Below, one piece after another: positions 10,533 through 20,178 of a DNA stretch of 64,000 nt. How positions within the stretch are numbered: the stretch's first letter is position 1; the number at the start of each line of letters is the position of its first letter. The notes below the pieces were generated by a model. It searched no databases and was not told the DNA's origin. It saw nothing but the letters and a program-made list of their open reading frames with translations. The stretch is from a virus (lineage: Duplodnaviria; Caudoviricetes). Where the stretch lies: positions 32,001-96,000 of the IMG/VR virus record IMGVR_UViG_3300032281_000616, one strand, 5' to 3'. The position numbers were made by a program, and so were the translations under genes.

Positions 10533-11039
10533 ATGAGTAATAGTAATCTATTCGCAAAACGTTTCTTCCAAGTTCTTAGAGAAGATGCAAGGGAACTTGA
10601 ACGCAAAGCTATGGAAGGAGTTCTAGATGATGGAACTAATCCAGAGGACTTTGAGGTTGATATGACACCTGATACCAATCAGGTAGTTGACCAAGTTTCT
10701 AAACAAGCTGCTGATGCCATGTCTCAGAAGAATCAACAAATGATTGATGAACTACAAAGTTGGATCGATGATATCGAATCCTTCTTGAAAAGAATCAATA
10801 GCGAAGACCCAAATTCAATTCAATCTCGTCTAGCTGCTGCTGAACCCGATACAGTCATGGATAAGATGAAGCAGTCTCAACAAACCAAGATTTCTCGTGT
10901 TGCTGCTGACTTAGCTTCCTTACATCAAAACTTCTTAGGGTTTATGAGTCAGACCGCCAATTCACGTTACAAATACGTAGCTATCCCTCTAGCATTCGGA
11001 TTAAGTTTAATGCAAATGGGTATGAATTATTTCTGTTGA
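10533..11039 (+). CDS. Helical putative internal head/scaffold-like protein
   Basis: TAAATA 10522-10527; leader ends VLRE; acidic helical sequence. Confidence 0.5.
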   Translation: MSNSNLFAKRFFQVLREDARELERKAMEGVLDDGTNPEDFEVDMTPDTNQVVDQVSKQAADAMSQKNQQMIDELQSWIDDIESFLKRINSEDPNSIQSRLAAAEPDTVMDKMKQSQQTKISRVAADLASLHQNFLGFMSQTANSRYKYVAIPLAFGLSLMQMGMNYFC

Positions 11040-11073
11040 TATCTCAAAATATCAAACCCGATTAAATTAATTC

Positions 11074-11715
11074 TTATAAGACTGCACTCAAGCCATTGGT
11101 GAGTTTATACATCATTTTTCTTTGATCTGTTGCCGATAGCGTAGCCTCGTAAACAAATCCGTCACTTCCAGTTATCTTAACTAGATATTTGTATGGATTG
11201 GAAGCAATATCTGCTACTTCTTGTCTGGATAAACCCAGATCATTAGAAGTATATCTAGTATCAACTAAGTTGTGGTCTTTATCAGAGAAGTCTAGTGGTA
11301 ATTGAGCCTCTGTTTGCTTTATATCTCCCCAAGCAACTCTACCAACGTTCATTACACATTCAATCTGATTTGGATCAAATACCAATTTACCATTATCGGT
11401 AATATCTTTCAAATCAGGAGTTATGGTGGATAACTTTGTTGAGTAATATGGATGTCCGTCTCGCAAACATTTGATCAATGCTCTGATATCGTATGTTTTA
11501 TTGTCGATGACAACTTTACCGCATGTATTATTACACATGCCACTATCGAAGAGAACCTTTCTTGGTAGAGTATATCTACCTGAATTGTAAGGCTTAGTCT
11601 GTAAACGAAGACCACCCTTTACTGTTGTATCTAACACAAATCTTTGTTTAAGATGTTCTAGGGTGAACATCGGTGTATTTCTATCTGTTTTCATATCGAA
11701 ATTATAGTAACACAC
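11074..11715 (-). CDS. Hypothetical early protein (likely start 11694)
   Basis: ORF preceded by a TTGACT/TACTATAAT promoter-like motif at 11701-11731. Confidence 0.55.
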   Translation of the reverse strand: MCYYNFDMKTDRNTPMFTLEHLKQRFVLDTTVKGGLRLQTKPYNSGRYTLPRKVLFDSGMCNNTCGKVVIDNKTYDIRALIKCLRDGHPYYSTKLSTITPDLKDITDNGKLVFDPNQIECVMNVGRVAWGDIKQTEAQLPLDFSDKDHNLVDTRYTSNDLGLSRQEVADIASNPYKYLVKITGSDGFVYEATLSATDQRKMMYKLTNGLSAVL

Positions 11716-11727
11716 CTCTCGGTAAAG

Positions 11728-12810
11728 TCAACCCTTCGAGAGAAGAATTTTTATTTTCATAATAGCCGACTTTCCACACTCTGAATTCTTTTTTATCCAA
11801 GCTGGAGACACTTGATCCAACCCACACGCGACACAAACCTCATTTAAGTCTTTGTATTTCTTTCCCCAAATCTCAGGCCAAATGAATACACATTCCCCAG
11901 CCTGTAATAATGATAATGTTTTCTCTCTGGATGTCTCATCTATCCACTGCGAGTCCAAAACCCATATCTTATCAAACAATTTCAGAGATTCCATCTGATC
12001 CTTCTGAGTCTTTGTTAGAGTGAATCCCTTACCCTTATTGATCCCAGCTACACCAAGACCATTCTTAACGAAGAAAGAATCAATTGGACCCTCAAATAGA
12101 AAAACTGTATCCAGATTAGGATCAACCTTATCTATACCGTATAATGTTTTATCTGCATTAAGCTTAGAAAGGTAGGATGGGTTATCATCCCAATCAAATA
12201 GTTTGCGTGTCTGGTAGAAGACGATATCCCCTTTCTCGTCCTTGAATGGTATCACTAGACGCTCAGGCTGAAACTTGTCTTTCAAGCTGATATAGAGGGC
12301 ATCTGGACGGTTTATAGCGGTGTCTAGTCGCCTCTCTTTGATATAGTCCAGAGCAAACTGCACTCTGCTATTGGTTTTGTAAAAATTAACCTGATTCGGA
12401 TCAAAAAGATTGATAGAATCTACTGGAAGAGTCTCAACTTTTAATTTAGGAATATCATCTTCAAAGAATGTATCACTATATCCAAAATCTCCTTTATCTA
12501 ATTCATCACATAGTTCTTTATGTGTTATACCAGATACTTCTCTGATCCAGTTGTATGTGGATAGATTACTTCCACAATTGAAACATGATATATTGCCCCC
12601 GTCTGGATCATACCAACATCTTTTCTTTCTTCCCCAAGAGGTTCCTTCTCGACATATAGGACAACATGAGTTGTATTTTCCAGACGCCTTATTATAGACT
12701 ACTTTGTAACCCAGTTCATAAAATTTAGATACAACATAGTCAACAGGGAGATTAAAATCAAAGCTTGCTTTCTTTTTTGAATCGAGCGTTGGTAATTTTT
12801 TTAATCTCAT
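11728..12810 (-). CDS. gp61: DNA primase, T4 gp61-like
   Basis: Zn finger CPIC..CFNC; RLVIPF; TOPRIM FLFEGPIDS and VLDSQWID. Confidence 0.9.
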   Translation of the reverse strand: MRLKKLPTLDSKKKASFDFNLPVDYVVSKFYELGYKVVYNKASGKYNSCCPICREGTSWGRKKRCWYDPDGGNISCFNCGSNLSTYNWIREVSGITHKELCDELDKGDFGYSDTFFEDDIPKLKVETLPVDSINLFDPNQVNFYKTNSRVQFALDYIKERRLDTAINRPDALYISLKDKFQPERLVIPFKDEKGDIVFYQTRKLFDWDDNPSYLSKLNADKTLYGIDKVDPNLDTVFLFEGPIDSFFVKNGLGVAGINKGKGFTLTKTQKDQMESLKLFDKIWVLDSQWIDETSREKTLSLLQAGECVFIWPEIWGKKYKDLNEVCVACGLDQVSPAWIKKNSECGKSAIMKIKILLSKG

Positions 12811-13045
12811 CTTTTTCCGCTTTTGATGGTTGTGGGTCTACTAAATCGAGTATACCATTCTTAACTCCAAAGTCAAAATCCTTTTTAGAAATCCATCGAA
12901 TGTCCATTTTTCCATCAAAAATATCACAGAAACCATATGTGTCTCCATGTTTTTTAACAAAAATTATAGTATGGCCTTTGTATTGACCATCTAAGACGCC
13001 ATAAGTTTTACCAAACTCTAAATCCTTTTTAAAAAATTGAATCAT
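12758..13045 (-). CDS. Hypothetical protein
   Basis: 95 aa ORF overlapping its neighbours' start/stop codons. Confidence 0.55.
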   Translation of the reverse strand: MIQFFKKDLEFGKTYGVLDGQYKGHTIIFVKKHGDTYGFCDIFDGKMDIRWISKKDFDFGVKNGILDLVDPQPSKAEKDEIKKITNARFKKESKL

Positions 13046-13335
13046 TCCATTCGTTCGTTCATAAACTTACTAACACTCTGCATGAATAAATCATCGAGTG
13101 CAGCTTTTTCCATTTTTTCCTTATAGATAGTCATATTGATCGGATTTCCATCTAGATCATAACCCATCAATTTAAAACATGTTAAAAACTCTCCTAGAGT
13201 GGATATCATAGCTTTGTTTATCTGGACTTTACTTGGAACTTTTCTTTTTTCCTTCAATCTAGTTGTGAGTGCTTCTCGAAGAATATTAGTTATTTCTTCA
13301 TCTGTGAACTCTTCGGGAATTTCTTCATCCTTCAT
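13042..13335 (-). CDS. Hypothetical protein
   Basis: 97 aa ORF in operon-like packing. Confidence 0.6.
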   Translation of the reverse strand: MKDEEIPEEFTDEEITNILREALTTRLKEKRKVPSKVQINKAMISTLGEFLTCFKLMGYDLDGNPINMTIYKEKMEKAALDDLFMQSVSKFMNERME

Positions 13336-13343
13336 TCAATTAT

Positions 13344-13679
13344 TTAACTCTTTTTCTCAAAAGAACAACCCTCTGCCTTTTGCGGGATTCCTCTCTCGAT
13401 CAAATTAGTTATAATAACCTCCATAGACTTAGTTTTGAGATTGAAGTTCTTGATGAATTTATTTCCACCATCATTAAACTCAAAGGCTACTTCTCCCTTA
13501 TCATCTTTATTTTCGTAACAAGTAATGATCAATGATACCCCACCCGGATCGACCATAACAGTCCATCTTCTTGGATCTAGAATCCCATAATCTTTAAAGA
13601 GTCTGATGGTAACGAATCCAGAATCTCTCAATCTTTTAATAAAGTAACTTCCTGTAGTAATTTTATTTTTATTTGTCAT
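13344..13679 (-). CDS. Hypothetical protein
   Basis: 111 aa ORF in operon-like packing. Confidence 0.6.
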   Translation of the reverse strand: MTNKNKITTGSYFIKRLRDSGFVTIRLFKDYGILDPRRWTVMVDPGGVSLIITCYENKDDKGEVAFEFNDGGNKFIKNFNLKTKSMEVIITNLIERGIPQKAEGCSFEKKS

Positions 13680-13965
13680 ACTTATATATTTCTAATTTAA
13701 TATATTCCATAACTTCTGGAGAAACTGCTATCATCCAAACAAAAGGCAATTTTTCATTACACCAAACACCCACATGCATATCCCCACCCGATATATTTTG
13801 ACTGTCCAACTTCCACACATAATTATTTTCTATATCTGAAAAATGTTCGATCCAAAATTCCGGTATCGGTAATGTATCCAAATGAACTGTTAATATTGAT
13901 GGTTTTCCTTTTTCTTTGGCATCTTTAAAAATGCGTTCAACGTAATTTGTAGGGTCTTCTCTCAT
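13669..13965 (-). CDS. Hypothetical protein
   Basis: 98 aa ORF; start overlaps the stop of the upstream endonuclease. Confidence 0.55.
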   Translation of the reverse strand: MREDPTNYVERIFKDAKEKGKPSILTVHLDTLPIPEFWIEHFSDIENNYVWKLDSQNISGGDMHVGVWCNEKLPFVWMIAVSPEVMEYIKLEIYKYDK

Positions 13966-14768
13966 TATTTATTCGATCCTTTTAATTTGGATTGTCTTAT
14001 CTTTTCTTTGGTTTCTTCTGAAAGAATTACACCAAGTCTAGGGCTAGGTTTTCCTCTTCTGGATTCACTCATTTTCATCTTTGTTTCTTCTGAATGTTTG
14101 CGACCTTTGAGATTATTAGACTTTCCTTTTTTCGCTTCACTCATTTTCATCTTTGCTTCTTCCGTGTGCTTCTTTCCTAATTTAGCGTTTCTCATTTTTT
14201 CTATAGTTTCTGGTGAATTTTTTCTACCTAACCCACACTGGCTAATTTTTTGTTTATGTTCCTCTGATATGGTCTTTCCGACTCTAAGTGTTCTCAACAT
14301 ATCCTGTATGTGCTTGGGTCGAGGGACTCTCATCTTATCTATACGTTCTTTTGAGAGTGGTCCCCGAATTTGTTTAGCTCTCGCTATCCTCAATTTAGCT
14401 CTATGTTCTTCAGAAAATGGTTTTTTAGGAACCCCCGCACCATCACCCGAATGTTTTTGGATATTATAACCTATATCTTTGTTGGCGGAGTTGTATTTTT
14501 TTATATAAAAAGTCTCCAATTCCAAAAGTTCTATATTATTTTTTGATTTGTCAAAATTCTCAAAAATTTCCAATATTTCAACATCAAAAGAATTCCAACC
14601 ATGTTTTATGATAGCATTTTCTAAATACCATCTTCCCTTGGTATTATTCTCTCGATACCTATGTTGATTAAGTCTTTTATGTAAGTTTATAGATTTACCT
14701 ATATAAATCTTACCATTGTTTTTACATGTTAGTTTATAAATTCCTGCTTCCTTCGGATAAGTTTCCAT
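13965..14768 (-). mobile_element. Free-standing GIY-YIG homing endonuclease with NUMOD3 repeats
   Basis: GIYKLTC..IYIGKS; repeated KHSEETKxKMS units; TAAATA (minus 14774-14779) 5 nt before ATG. Confidence 0.9.
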
Positions 14769-14781
14769 TAATGTATTTAAC

Positions 14782-15504
14782 CTATCGGGTCAAACTTGAT
14801 ACAATATAATTCAATTGTATGTTTCCAGATTCCACACTAATCTTCCCGATACCATTCTTGGATACTTCAAATTTGGCTACGTCACCGTCTCCAAAATCAA
14901 TAAGTCTGACATTATCTAAATTGAGAATGAATTCATCCATCTCAAAATCAACCTCTTCGCCAACAACTGTTAGTGTATCGGTATTCTTCATGGTTCTATC
15001 AGCTAGGGACCAAGTGAGATGATCATCCTCTGTATAAATGTATAGTTTATTGGTATCCTTGAATATGCTACTATTAGATAGTAGTGTTTTAAGAAACTGT
15101 TTAGATATTTCGAATTCGTAATCGAATGTAAGAGATTTAATCTTAGCTAAGGTTATTTTCGCTTTAGCTAGGATACCCTCATCATACAAATGATAATTAA
15201 ATTTTACTAGTTTAGATTTATATTCCAGATTATTTCTATTCAATTTAAATTGAATGTCAGTAGATCCAACCATATCTAAAAGTTTAGATAACTTTGATAA
15301 GGATGGTAAATTCAGAGTCGTTTCAACATCAAAGTCTCCTTCCATAGAGGACCAAAGAAACATACTCCTATCGTCAGAAGCGGCGATGGAGTATATTTCG
15401 TCAGACTTAACTTCTAGAATCGATGTATCACTAATCTTTCCAAGACTGCGTAGGAATATTTTGAATTCCTTTGACTTTAGGTTCAAGTTTGACTGGTTGT
15501 TCAT
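14782..15504 (-). CDS. gp45: DNA polymerase sliding clamp, T4 gp45-like
   Basis: 240 aa two-domain PCNA-like pattern; next to gp32 and primase. Confidence 0.7.
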   Translation of the reverse strand: MNNQSNLNLKSKEFKIFLRSLGKISDTSILEVKSDEIYSIAASDDRSMFLWSSMEGDFDVETTLNLPSLSKLSKLLDMVGSTDIQFKLNRNNLEYKSKLVKFNYHLYDEGILAKAKITLAKIKSLTFDYEFEISKQFLKTLLSNSSIFKDTNKLYIYTEDDHLTWSLADRTMKNTDTLTVVGEEVDFEMDEFILNLDNVRLIDFGDGDVAKFEVSKNGIGKISVESGNIQLNYIVSSLTR

Positions 15505-15967
15505 TTTTGTTCTTTGATTCTAGCAAAGAGATTAACTTTTGCAACAACTTATTATTCTTTTCCAACAATTCATTCGTCTTCTTCTGCTCCGTTAAACTAA
15601 AATCAAATTCTAGTTGTGGATCTTCTTGTTTAGGAAACATTGATCCACTAGGTCCCGGAATTTGACCTCCGGTTGTAGATGGTTCATAATAATTAGTAGG
15701 TAAAGGTATATTAGTTACTTGGGGAGGTTGTATATATTGAGGAGGAGGTTGAAAAGGAGGTGGGGTTGGAGTCCTCACTGCATTTTGTACAATGTTCTCA
15801 AACCCCCGCTTCAGTTGATCCGTCCCCGATACAATAGCCCCAATGCTGTCTTGTGGTCTGGTCCCCGTCATTCTGTCAATCTCTTTAGATTCGGCATATA
15901 GAGGTCCAGCTAGACCTACCAGAAGACCAATATCTTCTGGGTTTAGTGCTTCGTATGGGTCATTCAT
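15431..15967 (-). CDS. Hypothetical Pro/Gln-rich protein
   Basis: PTPPPFQPPPQYIQPP segment; follows gp32. Confidence 0.6.
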   Translation of the reverse strand: MNDPYEALNPEDIGLLVGLAGPLYAESKEIDRMTGTRPQDSIGAIVSGTDQLKRGFENIVQNAVRTPTPPPFQPPPQYIQPPQVTNIPLPTNYYEPSTTGGQIPGPSGSMFPKQEDPQLEFDFSLTEQKKTNELLEKNNKLLQKLISLLESKNKNEQPVKLEPKVKGIQNIPTQSWKD

Positions 15968-15968
15968 A

Positions 15969-16907
15969 TTAATCTTCTAGATCAAGTCCAGCAAGTAGCT
16001 CATCTACATCGTCTTCTGCTGGTGCTGGTTCAGCTTTTTTACCCTTACCTTTTTTCGGTTCTTCCTTTGGGGTAAAATCCATAGGAATTTCATCATCTAG
16101 ATCTTCATCTACTGGTGCAGATTTACGTTCAGATAATTGTTTCTTGACTTCGGATTTCTTTTCTGTGGATTCGCAGAAGAAATGATCCTCAAGAAGTTTT
16201 TCAAGTTCTTCCTTAGTCTTCACAGTATAGATTGACTTTAGATCGTGAACTTGTTCATAAACCTTTTCAATTTCATCGTCATCGAGATCAAGCTTTGACT
16301 TGGTTGTGAAGAATGAACTCTTAAAGGTTGTAAACTCACCTTGTTTCTCAGCCTTGATTTTTAGATCCGCTCCATCCTTTGATAGATCAAAGATTGCTGG
16401 ACCAAACTCTTCAGCACGATCACCTGTCATCGCATCATCTACCAAAGATTTAATCTGATATCCCATGCGAAGGATTTGGATAGTTCCATTCAATTCTGGA
16501 TTAGCTGGATTATCTACCCATAAGGCATTAACCAACCATTGTTCCTTATTTGAAATTGGATTATCAAATGGAACCTTCTTACCATCTTTATCAACTGGTG
16601 GAACTGGGTTAGCCTTTTTCCACTCTTGATACTCTTTCCAGTATTGGTTAGTAACTGGATCTTCATCTCCGAATGTTTGGAGAGAAATTGCTGAAGTATA
16701 TTTCCCTGTTGAACGACTCTTCCAGCTATTGATATAGTGGTGGAAGAATGTGTCATCGATATTATCGACATTTGGAATTAGTCGAATTGTATAGGTGTGT
16801 CCTTCTGGGAACTTCATGATATTTGCGAATGAACCACCACCGTCTGTCTTTTTCAACTGATCCTTAAGAGAATCGAACATTGACGCATTGAATTTATTTT
16901 TTGCCAT
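15969..16907 (-). CDS. gp32: Single-stranded DNA-binding protein, T4 gp32-like
   Basis: TIRLIP, FFHHY, N-terminal basic segment, strongly acidic C-tail ending DELLAGLDLED. Confidence 0.85.
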   Translation of the reverse strand: MAKNKFNASMFDSLKDQLKKTDGGGSFANIMKFPEGHTYTIRLIPNVDNIDDTFFHHYINSWKSRSTGKYTSAISLQTFGDEDPVTNQYWKEYQEWKKANPVPPVDKDGKKVPFDNPISNKEQWLVNALWVDNPANPELNGTIQILRMGYQIKSLVDDAMTGDRAEEFGPAIFDLSKDGADLKIKAEKQGEFTTFKSSFFTTKSKLDLDDDEIEKVYEQVHDLKSIYTVKTKEELEKLLEDHFFCESTEKKSEVKKQLSERKSAPVDEDLDDEIPMDFTPKEEPKKGKGKKAEPAPAEDDVDELLAGLDLED

Positions 16908-16970
16908 ATTTTTTGTTTTTATCTTTTTTTGTTTATTTTGTTTTATTGCTCGCTAGGAGAACTATATTTA
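16908..16970 (-). promoter_or_regulatory. Late promoter plus unstructured A-rich leader of gp32 (candidate autogenous operator)
   Basis: TAAATA at 16965-16970, then AATAAAACAAAATAAACAAAAAAAGATAAAAACAAAAAAT before ATG. Confidence 0.5.
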
Positions 16971-16986
16971 GTCTTCAGATGAAAAT

Positions 16987-17466
16987 TTACAATCTTGGTT
17001 TGTATGCAGCTACACCCACTGGACTTGGATTCTTAATTTGACTCTCTTCCTTTTCTTCTTCTGTCATTGTGTCAATCTTTTCTCCAGACAATCTACGAAT
17101 ATCAAAATCTACGCTAAGGGGAACTGTTCCAGTTTCTTCTAAGATCTGTTGAGACTGTAAAGATACATGAACACATCCATTGATATGGAGTCTTAAGGAA
17201 GTAATAACTCCTTCATATCCGCTTGCATTATCTTTAGCATAAGATCCGAGAATGTCAACTGGAAGATACGGTGGAACCACTGTCACACCACCCTCAATTG
17301 AGGAATCGACAATCCACCGAGCTTCTAAAGGTTCTCCAGTTTTTGGGCTTGTTCCTCTTGGTTGAAAATAATAATAAATATTTTCGTTCTGTTCAACTTG
17401 CATGAGAGTAAGCATACCCTCTTGATTTGTTGATTTATCTTTTACGTTTGTTCCTAATTTTAGCAT
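16987..17466 (-). CDS. Hypothetical protein with two tandem homologous small beta domains
   Basis: LGTNVKDKSTNQEGMLT and LGSYAKDNASGYEGVIT. Confidence 0.6.
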   Translation of the reverse strand: MLKLGTNVKDKSTNQEGMLTLMQVEQNENIYYYFQPRGTSPKTGEPLEARWIVDSSIEGGVTVVPPYLPVDILGSYAKDNASGYEGVITSLRLHINGCVHVSLQSQQILEETGTVPLSVDFDIRRLSGEKIDTMTEEEKEESQIKNPSPVGVAAYKPRL

Positions 17467-17927
17467 AATACTGTTTCTAATTTTTCCTTAGCTTTCTTTC
17501 CAAAATCTTTCATCCTTTTTGAATTATAAAACTTTTGTCTTGTTTTTTGAAAGTTGACAAAGAAATTCGGAATCACGAAGTTCAACAATTCAGAGTCTAG
17601 CATAGGTTTTGATATTTGCAAGGTGTGAAGAGTGTGAAAATCGATTTGGTGATTTTTTAAATGTGTCACCCAACAAGGTAAGGTATGTTCTGAGTATGTC
17701 AGGTAATCCGAGAATGTCAACCCCTTATCTTTACAAAATTTAAACACATACTTGAGTCCAGATTTTAAACGCTCAATCGATTCATCTTTATCTGGGTCAT
17801 CTAGGACAAGTGATTTTACATACTCGACATATAACTTGATAGCTTCCTTCTCTTCTATATCCCAAGGTGGTATTGCTGCAATAAAGTATTCTCGGTTAAT
17901 GTTTGGGTATTTTTTAAATATCTTCAT
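17460..17927 (-). CDS. Hypothetical protein
   Basis: 155 aa ORF; ATGA overlap with upstream gene. Confidence 0.6.
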   Translation of the reverse strand: MKIFKKYPNINREYFIAAIPPWDIEEKEAIKLYVEYVKSLVLDDPDKDESIERLKSGLKYVFKFCKDKGLTFSDYLTYSEHTLPCWVTHLKNHQIDFHTLHTLQISKPMLDSELLNFVIPNFFVNFQKTRQKFYNSKRMKDFGKKAKEKLETVLC

Positions 17928-18172
17928 GCGAATTTATAAGGATTTCTCTCGACTGCTATAAACGCTGCGTGTATTATGACTGATCTATCTGAATTTCTTC
18001 CTTGGTATGTAACTGGTCCGATATGTTTAAACAAACAATCTCTACTCAATAGATTCTCAACTTGAGAATATAAACCTTTACCTAGTTGCCACGAATCAAA
18101 TGTATCCAACCCCTCAATATATTCTTTAATCTCGTCAATCGATCCAGCTATTAAATCAAATTTTTGAATCAT
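17924..18172 (-). CDS. Hypothetical protein
   Basis: 82 aa ORF with overlapping start/stop. Confidence 0.55.
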   Translation of the reverse strand: MIQKFDLIAGSIDEIKEYIEGLDTFDSWQLGKGLYSQVENLLSRDCLFKHIGPVTYQGRNSDRSVIIHAAFIAVERNPYKFA

Positions 18173-18444
18173 TTCTTTTTGTTTTGTCCATTGACAAATT
18201 TTGTGACATACTTAGATTTGCTGATAGAATTGTCGAATGCTAAGAATACCTTCACCAATTCAAAATCACTATCTAAAGATAGCATAGTCTTAGCTACGTT
18301 CTTTAATTTCTCGTCTTGGAGAGTTTGAACAAAAACATTCTGGACAGATAATTTCTTCCCCTTTAGATTCATTACAAATGTGCAGAATGAAAGGAAAATA
18401 TGATCTGATTCTTCGCTTATTAAGTTTGATGATGGGTCGCTCAT
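18169..18444 (-). CDS. Hypothetical protein
   Basis: 91 aa ORF with overlapping start/stop. Confidence 0.6.
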   Translation of the reverse strand: MSDPSSNLISEESDHIFLSFCTFVMNLKGKKLSVQNVFVQTLQDEKLKNVAKTMLSLDSDFELVKVFLAFDNSISKSKYVTKFVNGQNKKK

Positions 18445-19025
18445 ATTGTGTTATATTCTTTGGTGTCCATCCAAAATACCTTAGTGTCTCTACCCTTCAA
18501 ATAATTGAAAATGGTGTGTGGATATCTAGTATATGACCAATTATCGAACAAGGATATTGATGGGTTCTTACCTCTAATTCCATCAGAGTGTATTAAGAAA
18601 AACGGTTCCATCTGTGTCCAGACCTTTCTCGGAAACTTTTCTCTAAAATTGATCATATTTCTTTTATATATACCCACACAATATTTTCTATGATATTCTG
18701 AAAATGTAAAATATGATACGGTTTCATTCTTAAGTGATTTATATGCAGCTAACGTAATTGAAAAAGTAGTTGTTCCAGTCTGTCTACCCATTGTCATTTT
18801 CTTATAATCTTTATTATACCAATCATAAAACATCTTTTGGTCTTCGCTTATCGGAAAGCCATTAAATTTATGAAAAAATTCATAAAAATCTTCTTCATCC
18901 GTTCTGATGACTTTAACTTCATCTGATTTTGCTTTGATAGATGTTCCAATTAAAGCAATAGATGATAATACTCCTCCTATAAAATTTCTTCTTCTCATTT
19001 TTTTAATTTTCTCTGTATTCTCCAA
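18441..19025 (-). CDS. Twin-arginine-signal-like N-terminus fused to a degenerate terminase-type ATPase fragment
   Basis: MRRRNFIGGVLSSIALIG; MGRQTGTTT (Walker A-like, K replaced by T); GIRG...SLFDN (Walker B-like, E replaced by N). Confidence 0.5.
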   Translation of the reverse strand: MENTEKIKKMRRRNFIGGVLSSIALIGTSIKAKSDEVKVIRTDEEDFYEFFHKFNGFPISEDQKMFYDWYNKDYKKMTMGRQTGTTTFSITLAAYKSLKNETVSYFTFSEYHRKYCVGIYKRNMINFREKFPRKVWTQMEPFFLIHSDGIRGKNPSISLFDNWSYTRYPHTIFNYLKGRDTKVFWMDTKEYNTI

Positions 19026-19291
19026 GTTTTCATTTCATTGGATTCTTTTTTAGGTTTTGATAAAAATTGTTTTAAGTCTTCTTGTAAGACAAACTTATTG
19101 TAAAAATTATCCCACTCTTTTTTAAAAGCATTCTTTCTAGGGACTCTCGCTGTTGCACTTATTTCTACCTTTTCTCCCATACATCCTTCAGTATGGGCAG
19201 TTTTATACCCAAAACATTTACAAGATGGACAATACCAGTTTATTTTACCATGTTGTCCATGATAGTCACCAAGATTTCCCAATCTACTCAT
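18995..19291 (-). CDS. Hypothetical protein with CxxC
   Basis: WYCPSCKC..HTEGC. Confidence 0.55.
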   Translation of the reverse strand: MSRLGNLGDYHGQHGKINWYCPSCKCFGYKTAHTEGCMGEKVEISATARVPRKNAFKKEWDNFYNKFVLQEDLKQFLSKPKKESNEMKTWRIQRKLKK

Positions 19292-20178
19292 AAACTCGAA
19301 AGATTCGTAGTGAATCCTAAAAACTTTTCAGTCATTTGACCACCCGATGCATACTCACCCCCTCCACCATCACATAAATTTTCTGCCATATAAACAATAT
19401 CAGCAGGTGATCCTAGAGGTTTTCGGAAAGAGATGAACTTCGTGTCGGGATTGACCACGATGATAACATCAGCTTTGTGATTGTCAATCAATTCCTTCGC
19501 TATTTCGTTCACTGAGAGCTTGGAGAACGCTGCCAGCACCTTCCAACCCTTGAATTCACCAGAATATAGGTCTATTGTCGAGACTTCTTTCTCGATTTCT
19601 TTAAAAAATCCTTCAGCTATATTAATCTCCGTATCAGTGAAACCATCAAATCCATCAAAGAATCTATCCACAAACTTATAAAAGCTTCTGTAACCAGATC
19701 TACGATAAATTGCATTTAAATACTTGGATTCTTCGTGTTTTAAAAGATATTCATTGTAATCATCAACATAAACCAGTAGTTTTTTAACATTTACCGAGAA
19801 TTCTCTGATCTTTTTAAACTTTTTGTAGATTAATTTGGAACAAGATGAACATTCTTCTGTAATTAAAGTAGAGTCATAGGCTGTAAGCTTCTCTCCACGG
19901 TCTGAAATGATGACCAAACGAGGATCATCGATCTTATTGAGTAGTTTTTGATCAATAACCATACCCACAACAAAGACTTTATCATAATTTTCTAGATTAG
20001 TCTTGGCCCAAGTAGTATAATTTTCCTCAAATTTACCAAAGAAGCATGATTGATATTCAAATTCTTGAAAAACTTGTCCAAGTAAGATTACTGAACAGGC
20101 ACCATCAAGGTCTGAATTCGACCAAATAAATATACGACTACGCACGTCGATATTTACATCGTTATTCATATATGTCAA
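19288..20178 (-). CDS. DHH/DHHA1-family phosphoesterase-like protein (degenerate motifs)
   Basis: SDLDGACS motif I; C-terminal GGGGEYASGG DHHA1-like motif; no DHH triad visible. Confidence 0.7.
   Translation of the reverse strand: MTYMNNDVNIDVRSRIFIWSNSDLDGACSVILLGQVFQEFEYQSCFFGKFEENYTTWAKTNLENYDKVFVVGMVIDQKLLNKIDDPRLVIISDRGEKLTAYDSTLITEECSSCSKLIYKKFKKIREFSVNVKKLLVYVDDYNEYLLKHEESKYLNAIYRRSGYRSFYKFVDRFFDGFDGFTDTEINIAEGFFKEIEKEVSTIDLYSGEFKGWKVLAAFSKLSVNEIAKELIDNHKADVIIVVNPDTKFISFRKPLGSPADIVYMAENLCDGGGGEYASGGQMTEKFLGFTTNLSSL

Noticed and set aside
10975-11039. Hydrophobic C-terminal tail AIPLAFGLSLMQMGMNYFC as a membrane anchor or read-through scar
   Set aside because: Cannot be judged without homologues; the segment is short for a confident transmembrane call.
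13987-14469. Hydrophobic 160 aa + strand ORF (likewise 48645..48860 and many other short antisense ORFs in the track)
   Set aside because: These are reverse-frame shadows of Lys/Glu-rich genes and have no start context or motifs.
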